Positions 26,708 to 36,655 of a DNA stretch of 64,000 nucleotides are shown one piece after another (position 1 is the stretch's first letter; each line of letters starts with the position of its first letter). The position numbers and the translations under genes were made by a program. The stretch spans positions 868,001 to 932,000 of the forward strand of contig MU008164.1 in NCBI GenBank assembly GCA_010909165.1, read 5' to 3'. The notes below the pieces were generated by a model, which made no database searches, had not been told where the DNA came from, and saw only the letters and a list, made by a program, of their open reading frames with translations. The DNA comes from Anthoceros angustus. Its lineage: Eukaryota > Plantae > Anthocerotophyta.

Positions 26708-27670
26708 CAGGATATTTGGATGGGGCCCCGGCCGCAGTAGCGTTTGCCTGGTGCGCAAGGATAGGTCGTGGAGGAGGAGTCGCAGTACGCAGCGCAGTTT
26801 ATCTCCGTAATGTAGCACAGGCCCCAGGCGTATTGGCCATCTGGAGCGGTGGCCCATCCTCCTGTCACCACATGTGCACCATGAGCAATTAGGTTGGAGG
26901 AACGAATGCTATGATGCATGCGCATGTGAGCAAGCTTGGAGGAATGGAGCTTATGATGGATGCGCAATTGAGCAAGCTCGGAGGAAAGAATGACATGATG
27001 CATCCGCAATTGAGCAAGCTTGGCGGAACGAATGACATGATGTAAGCGCAATTGATCAGCAAGCTTGGAGGAAAGAATGATATGATGCATGCGCGATTGA
27101 TCAGCAGACTTTGAGGAAAGAATGACATGATGCACGCGCAAGTGGTCAGCAAGCTTGGAGGAAAGAACGATATGATTTTACTGTTTGCAACTGAAATTTG
27201 CATCGGACTGGCCAGGAGCGATGGATCTCACCGGTGGTTTCATGCGAGACTTGCGCAAAGAAAGCTGCGAGCTCTCGCCTCCTAGTGGTGTCGTCCCCGG
27301 TGTTGCCGAATGCGCTGTAGGAGGAGGCTGCCGTGATGAAGGCGCTGTAGGTGTAGAAGTTGTTAGTGGAACAGTCTCTAGTGTGGGGGAAAAATTGGTT
27401 GTACACGGCCTCGGTGATGATGCTCCCCACGCCGGATCCCGACGGCGCGGGCGTGGATCCCGATCCCGTGCAGGGCCCGCTCAGGCAGCCGTCGCCGCAG
27501 TAAGCAGATGTGGTGCCGCAGTAGTTGTACTGGCTGCAGCACAGGTTGTTGGCGCACAGCGAGGTTTTGCTGCAGGTCTGGGCCACCACATGGAGTGCGA
27601 GCTGCGGACTGCACAGGAGAAGCGTCATCCACACAATTCCTGCCACATTTCCTCTCCGCGTAGCCGCCAT
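26708..27670 (-). pseudogene. Class I chitinase paralogue lacking exon 3 (exons 27670-27232, 26861-26708)
   Basis: Near-identical hevein and GH19 exons 1-2. Intron 2 homology stops at about 26590, where the duplicated repeat block begins; no NYNY or C-terminal exon follows. Confidence 0.85.
26883..27178. repeat. Intronic minisatellite, 42-45-bp unit, about 7 copies (chitinase 2 intron 1)
   Basis: Seven successive agcaagcttggaggaaagaatga(c/t)atgatgc... units. Confidence 0.9.
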
Positions 27671-29338
27671 GCCGCCTGCTGCGCGACTACAGCTTCCACA
27701 GCTATGAACTATGAAGGATTCAAGGGGAGCTTGAGAGGGGAGCTTGAGAGCTTGATAAGTGTCCCGCCGATCAGCCCTGCATTTGTAGCTTGTGATCTGC
27801 TCGAATTGCTCCGATTTAGGTTTCTATGTGTTTGGGAGTGGCAGACTGTTGACGAGACGCGCCACCGCCATCTGCACCTACCTGCCCGCTCGGAATCCGG
27901 AAATCACTTGCAGGACTGACTCGATTGGAGAGCCATGTGAAACTTCCGCTCGGGAGCTTGGAATTCTTGAAGACCATTTTCTTAAAAGTTCGTAGTCAAG
28001 GAAAGGAAGGATATCCGTGCGGCTTGGCCATTGGCCAGCACGCGGTTGTTGTGAGCCAAGTGACAGCGAAGAGTACTGGACAGCCGACAACCCAGCGCAT
28101 CTCAGTCATCCTCTTGCGTAGCCTATTGGACTGGAGCCAAACGAGTGCCGCAAAAGGTGGCAACCAATTGCGAGAAGCTCCCTAGTCTGTTGACTTTCAA
28201 CTCCAACGTCTCCTCTGTCTCCAGTGTCCACACATAGACTGCAGTTTTTGTGACGCACGTCAGGAACGATTGCAAGAGAAAGTCTTGACTGAAGACGACG
28301 TGTGCTGAAAACGCACGATCTGCTAAGCCTTTGGCATGTACCAACGTCGCCATGTCAAATAAGGTTACACATTATAATTAATAATTAATATAATTATCTA
28401 ATATAAAATAAAAATAAAAGTAAATGCTTTATAAATATGCCGAAATGGCAAGTCCCACGCTCACGCAACGTCTCAAGCTACCTACCCTCTCAACATGTCA
28501 TAGTCTGGAATAAGCAAGGCCTACTAACCACCGGAGCTGAAGATAATGAAGATAAAACCGCTTGCAAACACACAGAAACCAAATACGTTCCCACGTTCCA
28601 AGCTGTTCTCGTTCGTTCTTGCGGATGTAACTATTTATTATTAGATAAAATTATACTAGAAAATTAATGAGTGGCTCGCTGTAGTTCGCCGCTCGCTATC
28701 CTCAATAATGCTCTAATATCTACTGACAGAATAAGTTAATTTATCAAGATCTTAGGAAAGCCTATCAATCATGACATGGCGTAGGATGTCAATTAGTGGA
28801 GTGGAGTATCTTTCACCGGGATGACAGAATTAAGGTGGCTTATGGTGCACCTCCTTCGCACAAGGAAGTAAGATAGTACTTCTGCTTGGCTTTGATCTGG
28901 AAGCAACAAGACCACAACGGAAGCTGGATCTAGATTGGAGGAACAAGCTAGATCCACCTTTCATGTTTTCAAGGTCATGGGTTTACCCTGTCCCCCCTTC
29001 ACCAAATGCTGGCCTTGTGTGATGCTTCAGGCATTCACACCTCTCTTCAATTTCTAATGTCTTTTTCTTGTGAAAGCTTTTAAGTTACCATCAACAACGG
29101 AGCACTCTGTATCCATCTACAGGTCTTCGAGAACACATATTAGATCCAACTTGCACGCTTGCAAATGAGCTTCTCTTTCGATATTCACGGCGATTTCATC
29201 GTCAAAGAATCCGTTTGTATAGCACTAGACTATGTACAATTTCCTTCTTCAGTTCGAACAGAGCTGTTTCAGCCTGGCTTTACTACCGGTATACTCCTTA
29301 CCCTCAACAGAAAACCTGTCCCCTGAAAAACGATTTTC

Positions 29339-31010
29339 TCAGCCTCGCTTCCCTCCAAGTAGCTTCTTATCCCCAAGAGAACAACTTTGTACAGGAAAAA
29401 ACTGTTTCAGCCTCGCTTCCCTCCCAGTATGCATCTTATCCCCAACAAAAAAACCATGTACTAAACCGTCCATGTCTGTCCACCAGCTCTGCCCTGGCTG
29501 TTTCCATGCCCCACTTCCTATTCTCCTCGCTTGCGTCTCCTGTGCCTTCTCCCACATCTCAGCACCTGCATATATCGTCGACATTAACACATATGATCCG
29601 GCATCTTGCTTGTCCAGTTTCACTGCTTCCTCAAAAGCATGACGTGCCACCTCCACATTGCTCCACTTCCGACAGGCACTCAATACAGTGCTCCACATTG
29701 CAGCATCAGGCTGTACAGGCATTGCCCTAACCAAAGCTATTGCCTCATCAACATGGCCTGCGCGACCCAGGATATCCACCATGCATGTGTAGTGCTCCAC
29801 TGTGGGACTGATGCCATAGTGTCTGCTCATAGCCTCAAAGTACTCTCGCCCCTTCTTCACTAGACCCACATGACTGCATACTGTCAGTACACAAACAAAT
29901 GTGATCCCAGCAGGCTGTATGCCATCGCCTCTCATTCTGTGAACCAAGTCAAATACCTCGTCACTGTGTCCTTGACAAGTGTATCCAGCAATCAGTGCAT
30001 TCCAGGTGATGTCGTCCTTTTCGAGTAAAGCATCAAATACCTGCTGCGCATCAACCATGCTCCCACACTTTGCATACATGTCTATCAAACTGCTGGCTAC
30101 AAACACATGAGCTTGAGGCCTCGTTCTTTATCTGGGCATGAAGCTGCCTTCCAAGATGCAAAGCTGCCACACTTGCACAAGCCTGCAGGAGGCAAACGAA
30201 TGTCACAGAATCTGGCACAGCCGTGCTTTTTTCTTGCATAGCCCTGTAGAGATCAAGGGCTTCCAGCCCCAAACCGTTCTGGGAGTATCCTGCTATCATG
30301 GCATTCCACGTTACCACATCTTTCTCAACGAGTCCATGAAAGAGGCCCTGGGCATCTTCTAGGCTACCACACTTGGCATACATGGTTACCAAACTGTTGG
30401 ATACAGACATATCCCCTTGAAGTCCTTGCTCTCTAATTTGTGCATGAAGTTGCTTCCCTTTCTCCAGAGCAGGGGGCCCCACGATTCCACATGCCTGAAG
30501 AAGACACATAAATGTGACAGAATTCGGTACAACAATGCCATCTTCTTGCATTTCGTTGTAAACTTGAAGGGCTTCCTGCCCCATGCCTTGCTGAGAGTAG
30601 CCTGCTATCATGGCACTCCAAGTCACCACATTTTTTTCTTGAAGACAGTCAAACACGTTCCGAGCATCGTCCAGGCAACCACACTTTGCATACATGGTGA
30701 CCAAACTGCTGCCTACGAACACATCAGCTTGAAGTCCTCTGTCTCGAATTCGTGCATGAAGCTGCTTCCCCTTCTCCAAAGCCACGGAACCCACACTTGC
30801 ACATGCCTGCAATAGGGACACAAATGTCACAGAATTGGGTGCAGCCATGCTACCTTCTTGCATAGCCCTGTAGAGATCAAGGGCTTCCTGCCCCATGCCC
30901 TGCTGGGAATACCCGGATATAATGGCATTCCAAGTCACCACATCTTTCTCACCAAGTCCGTCAAACACGTTCCGAGCATCGTCCAGGCAACCACACTTTG
31001 CATACATGTT
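29339..31010 (-). pseudogene. 3' half of PLS-class PPR gene A (with E/E+), frameshifted at about 30115-30130
   Basis: ORFs 30051-31034 and 29339-30106 give PLS repeats, then P2L2S2/E motifs (VEHYTCMVDILGRAG, PDAAMWSTVLSACRKW, KQPGQSWW...VHGFFVGD). Two single-base deletions relative to the copy at about 31970-31990. Confidence 0.8.
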
Positions 31011-31718
31011 TGACAACCAAGCCATTCCACACAAACAAATGTGATCCCAGCAGGCTGTATGCCATCGCCTCTCATTCTGTGAACCAAGTCAAATACCTGC
31101 TGCGCATCAACCATGCTCCCACACTTGCACATGCCTGCAGGAGGCACACAAACAAATGTGATCCCAGCAGGCTGTACAGGCATTGCCCTAACCAAAGCTA
31201 TTGCCTCATCAACATGGCCTGCTTGTCTTGTCCGTTGCAACATGCGCAGAAATTATGGCAGACCACGTGAAGGCATACTGTCAGTACACAAACAAATGCT
31301 GGCCTTGTGTGATGGCATTCACACCTCTCTTCAATTTCTAATGTCTTTTCTTGTGAAAGCTTTTAAGTTACCATCAACAACGGAGCACTCTGTATCCATC
31401 TACAGGTCTTCGAGAACACATATTAGATCCAACTTGCACGCTTGCAAATGAGCTTCTCTTTCGATATTCACGGCGATTTCATCGTCAAAGAATCCGTTTG
31501 TATAGCACTAGACTATGTACAATTTCCTTCTTCAGTTCGAACAGAGCTGTTTCAGCCTGGCTTTACTACCGGTATACTCCTTACCCTCAACAGAAAACCT
31601 GTCCCCTGAAAAACGATTTTCTCAGCCTCGCTTCCCTCCAAGTAGCTTCTTATCCCCAAGAGAACAACTTTGTACAGGAAAAAACTGTTTCAGCCTCGCT
31701 TCCCTCCCAGTATGCATC

Positions 31719-33716
31719 TTATCCCCAACAAAAAAACCATGTACTAAACCGTCCATGTCTGTCCACCAGCTCTGCCCTGGCTGTTTCCATGCCCCACTTC
31801 CTATTCTCCTCGCTTGCGTCTCCTGTGCCTTGACAAGTGTATCCAGCAATCAGTGCATTCCAGGTGATGTCGTCCTTTTCGAGTAAAGCATCAAATACCT
31901 GCTGCGCATCAACCATGCTCCCACACTTTGCATACATGTCTATCAAACTGCTGGCTACAAACACATGAGCTTGGAGGCCTCGTTCTTTTATCTGGGCATG
32001 AAGCTGCCTTCCAAGATGCAAAGCTGCCACATTTGCACAAGCCTGCAGGAGGCAAACGAATGTCACAGAATCTGGCACAGCCGTGCTTTTTTCTTGCATA
32101 GCCCTGTAGAGATCAAGGGCTTCCAGCCCCAAACCGTTCTGGGAGTATCCTGCTATCATGGCATTCCACGTTACCACATCTTTCTCAACGAGTCCATGAA
32201 AGAGGCCCTGGGCATCTTCTAGGCTACCACACTTGGCATACATGGTTACCAAACTGTTGGATACAGACATATCCCCTTGAAGTCCTTGCTCTCTAATTTG
32301 TGCATGAAGTTGCTTCCCTTTCTCCAGAGCAGGGGGCCCCACGATTCCACATGCCTGAAGAAGACACATAAATGTGACAGAATTCGGTACAACAATGCCA
32401 TCTTCTTGCATTTCGTTGTAAACTTGAAGGGCTTCCTGCCCCATGCCTTGCTGAGAGTAGCCTGCTATCATGGCACTCCAAGTCACCACATTTTTTTCTT
32501 GAAGACAGTCAAACACGTTCCGAGCATCGTCCAGGCAACCACACTTTGCATACATGGTGACCAAACTGCTGCCTACGAACACATCAGCTTGAAGTCCTCT
32601 GTCTCGAATTCGTGCATGAAGCTGCTTCCCCTTCTCCAAAGCCACGGAACCCACACTTGCACATGCCTGCAATAGGGACACAAATGTCACAGAATTGGGT
32701 GCAGCCATGCTACCTTCTTGCATACCCCTGTACAGACAAAAGGCTTCCTCGCCCATACCCTGCTGGGAATACCCGGATATAATGGCATTCCAAGTCACGA
32801 CATCTTTCTCACCAAGTCCGTCAAACACTCTTCGAGCTTCTTCCAAACAGCCACACTTTGCATACATGTCTACCAAGCCATTCCACACAAACAAATGAGG
32901 CTCAACTCCACTGGCCAGCACATCTGCATGCACTTGCTGCCCAGATTTCAAGTCTGCTCCTCTTGCACAAGCCTGAAGGGCTGCCACAAATACATGCCCA
33001 TCTGCCCTCACACTTGACCTGCGCATGCGCTGATACAACTGTATGGCCTGCTTGTCTTGTCCGTTTGCAACATGCGCAGAAATTATGGCAGACCACGTGA
33101 AGGCATCTGGTGTGGCAACCACGGTGAACACATCCATCGCTTCCTGCAATCTGGCATGAGAAGCATACATTCGAAGGATGTGGTTGCACAAGAACGTGTC
33201 CGACTCATACCCACTTCTCACGCTCAGACCATGAACGCACCGACCCAGAACCAGATCCTTCTTACCCACACATTTCTGAAGGACAGCATAAAGCAGAGAC
33301 GTTGCAATCAGACTACCTGTCTGCACCAGAACTCCCAGAGCCTCAACGGCCTCCCTTAGATGTCCCTGCTCACATAGTCTGCTTACTGTGTCAGATGTTA
33401 CTCCACCTGCAGGCCTGGAAGGTTCATGACCCGTAGGAATACCACGACCCACCCGCATGTCGTGAGCTACTGGCTTGTGCAAATTGTTTACCCGGAGGAC
33501 CTCTTGGAAGTCAGGCCAACGGGCACTCCTCTTCTGTTGCCTGTGATCCCACCAAAGCTCATTCTCCACGATCTTCTCCCCAAGCAGGAAATCCCTTGTC
33601 GTGGGTCTCAGGTGAACGGGGTCAGCTAAGCCACCAGTTTGTCGGATGTCAAGACACTTCCTCAACAACAGGTCCATGACTCGCAGGAGCACACACACTG
33701 ATGAGTCAAGCCTCAA
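31719..33716 (-). CDS. PLS-class PPR protein gene A (organellar RNA-editing factor family); this copy loses about 430 bp before the E domain
   Basis: 665-aa ORF with repeated SLVTMYAKCGCLDDARNVFD / VVTWNAMIAGYSQ / VTFVCLLQACA motifs. At about 31830 it jumps out of frame into the E+ segment. Confidence 0.85.
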   Translation of the reverse strand: MRLDSSVCVLLRVMDLLLRKCLDIRQTGGLADPVHLRPTTRDFLLGEKIVENELWWDHRQQKRSARWPDFQEVLRVNNLHKPVAHDMRVGRGIPTGHEPSRPAGGVTSDTVSRLCEQGHLREAVEALGVLVQTGSLIATSLLYAVLQKCVGKKDLVLGRCVHGLSVRSGYESDTFLCNHILRMYASHARLQEAMDVFTVVATPDAFTWSAIISAHVANGQDKQAIQLYQRMRRSSVRADGHVFVAALQACARGADLKSGQQVHADVLASGVEPHLFVWNGLVDMYAKCGCLEEARRVFDGLGEKDVVTWNAIISGYSQQGMGEEAFCLYRGMQEGSMAAPNSVTFVSLLQACASVGSVALEKGKQLHARIRDRGLQADVFVGSSLVTMYAKCGCLDDARNVFDCLQEKNVVTWSAMIAGYSQQGMGQEALQVYNEMQEDGIVVPNSVTFMCLLQACGIVGPPALEKGKQLHAQIREQGLQGDMSVSNSLVTMYAKCGSLEDAQGLFHGLVEKDVVTWNAMIAGYSQNGLGLEALDLYRAMQEKSTAVPDSVTFVCLLQACANVAALHLGRQLHAQIKERGLQAHVFVASSLIDMYAKCGSMVDAQQVFDALLEKDDITWNALIAGYTCQGTGDASEENRKWGMETARAELVDRHGRFSTWFFCWG

Positions 33717-34736
33717 CCCGAAATCCTGGTACTAGTAATGCATATGGACACAACATACGATGATCCATTTTCAGGAACTGTTGTGATTCCTTACTTGGTC
33801 GTGTGCTGGCTGTCGGTCGTCAGCTGGAAGTTGATCAGCTGACCATCTTACGTTTGTGTGCAACCATCGGCGCATTGGATCAACGGAGGCAATTTCATTT
33901 TCAGATTTAAGAACAAGGAATCCAAGGCGATGTTGTTGTTGGCAGCTGCCTGGGGCACAAGTAATCAAAATGAGGGGGTTAGACAACTCCCCCAAGGTGC
34001 TCCACATTTCAATCGTGGTGACATGAAATGCCATGCTCGGTGGACATGCCCAGCATGAGCTGGGTCGAAAAGCCCTCAACATTTGGGGAACAATGCAGGA
34101 GGGGAACCGGATTCCTTTTCAGATATCAGACATGGGACTCGAATTTGATTTGGTCTTTAGCAATTGCCTGGTGGACATGGTAAATGTGACTGCTTAGACG
34201 ATGCCCGCAGGGTCTTTGACATTGTGTCCATACAGATGTGGTAAATCGAAACGCCATGCTGGCAGGATATGCTCACCACGGCCTTGGTCAAAGGTCTTTG
34301 CATTTCTGCAAGTATGAAAGCATGCCAGCATGACTTTAGCTGCTGATACGACATTCGCTTGGTTCCTGAAAACAGTGCTAGCATTGCAGCAGTAGAACAA
34401 GGAAAGCAGTTACCTGACCCAGGTTCAGGGAAAAGGTCTGGAATCTCATCTGTTGTTGCAAGCTTCCTACTGAATATAGATGTACGAGATTAGATGACGC
34501 ACTATGTAGGAGCTTAGATGATGCCCGAATGGTGTTTGACAGCTTAGCCACAAAAACGTGGTAACATGGAGTGCTTACTTATCAGTCTACACACCGATAT
34601 GGCACAGGAAGGTTTCAGTGCTGCAGATCATGCTAAATTTGTGTGCTTGCTGAAAACATGTGCCAGCTTCCACCACTACGTGAGTGGATACAAATTCATA
34701 CCCTGATTCATCCACATGGTGCTCCGAAGATGCTTC

Positions 34737-36175
34737 GGGCTGCTTTCCATAAGCCCGAATATTTCGCGGTCAGTTTGCAACTTAAGTTTCTTGCGAAAAC
34801 CATTTCACTTTTATCGCCGTGTGATATTAATCTCTGCACTTGGGTTTAGTGTTTGATTAGCATTAATTAATCTAATTACTTATCTTTAAGTAAGTAATTA
34901 TTGTTAATTAATCTAAAGTGATTATGTTAATTAAACATTGATTAGTATTAATTAATCTAAGGTGCTTATGTTAATTAAGCATTGATTAGTGTTAATTAAA
35001 CATGGTTAATAGCTAAGTGGATAAGCTCAAGTAATATGCTTTGGCATATTCCTTGCATATTATAGTGTATTCTTAGGATATTTACGTATCTTTGATCCCG
35101 ATAGGATATCTTAGAATATCTTGCGTCAGGTCTAGTATATATAGACCACATTGAGACAATTTCGGATCATAACTCGCCAGATATGCATCGGCGTTGTGAG
35201 GCCAGGCGCTGACTCGGGAGGCGTGTGAGGAATTGCGTGTTGTTACCGTGGGGAGGTGTGTTTGTGCCGCGTGCGAGCTACCCTCTGTTATTGGTTTGCA
35301 TATATATCTGCGTGTCAGTTGTTTGCTTGGTTGTTGGTCGAGTGCTTATATGAATTGATGCTTCGCCGTGCGACCTGACTATTTTGATAGAAATCATGAT
35401 TCTGATGTTGCATTCGGGGTTGTCGATATGAACATGCGATTTTGGATGTTTTTGCGAGCTTGAGTTACGCCGATGATGCTAGAATTCTCAATTGGGGCTT
35501 ATATCGAAAAGGTATGGCGGAGAAATCTTAAATGAGGACTATATTAGAGTCAACTTCAATGTTCGAGAGTTTATAGTGGGCGATCACGAGCTACCCATCA
35601 TTTGCCTTGGTTCGACACCCTTCCTGTGCATGTTTTCGAGAAGGACTATTTCAAGTTTAAGCATTCCTCATCACACATGGTGGTAGAACGGGCTTTGAGA
35701 AACTTAAAGGAACATGGGCTGGCGAGAACCATTTGGAAACCAAACATGGACTCGTTATGGGCAATCTTGATGTGTTGTTGTTACTTGCATAATGTCCTCA
35801 TTGACAAGGATGAAATGCCTGCAGCAGACAGTGATGAGCCTGGTCATGATGATGGTTATCGAACAATTCCTTGTAACAACATGAATGTGGATGGTGACAG
35901 GCTTCGCCAAAACATAGCCAGGTTCTTGTGGACTAGCAGACAACAACAGGATATGAACTCATGAATTTCCTATGACAGTTTGTCTCCTAACTTGCTCAAT
36001 GCATCTCCTATTTTCATAAAAGCATGCACGAATCCCTCTCCAATTTGATTCTGTGAGTGTATCATGACAGATTGTGCTCCATGACGTCATTGTGGACCCT
36101 CTCTTGAAATTCATGCCACCAGGTATGTAGCCTTGCCTTTTCCGTCTTCAGACTCACGGGTTTGTATTGGGCAAC
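34737..36175 (+). mobile_element. Partial copy of the PIF/Harbinger element (left TIR + transposase fragment)
   Basis: TIR GGGCTGCTTTCCAT at 34737-34750; HSSSHMVVERA...ILMCCCYLHNVLIDKDE at about 35440-35964. Colinear with 36656-38050. Confidence 0.8.
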
Positions 36176-36655
36176 AAAATGCGACTCAAACGCCATGCTG
36201 GCAGGATATGCTCACCACGGCCTTGGTCAAAGGTCTTTGCATTTCTGCAAGTATGAAAGCATGCCAGCATGACTTTAGCTGCTGATACGACATTCGCTTG
36301 GTTCCTGAAAACAGTGCTAGCATTGCAGCAGTAGAACAAGGAAAGCAGTTACCTGACCCAGGTTCAGGGAAAAGGTCTGGAATCTCATCTGTTGTTGCAA
36401 GCTTCCTACTGAATATAGATGTACGAGATTAGATGACGCACTATGTAGGAGCTTAGATGATGCCCGAATGGTGTTTGACAGCTTAGCCACAAAAACGTGG
36501 TAACATGGAGTGCTTACTTATCGGTCTACACACCGATATGGCAGGAAGGTTTGATCTGCAGATCATGCTAAATTTGTGTGCTTGCTGAAAACATGTTAGC
36601 TTCCCACATCGTGAGGATACACCATATCTGATTATACATGATTCAAGATGTTTCT

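Noticed and set aside
26883-27178. CRISPR-like regularly spaced repeats (also 46965-47335, 49520-49712, 54680-54760)
   Set aside because: These are contiguous tandem units with no unique spacers and no cas genes, in a eukaryotic context: minisatellites.
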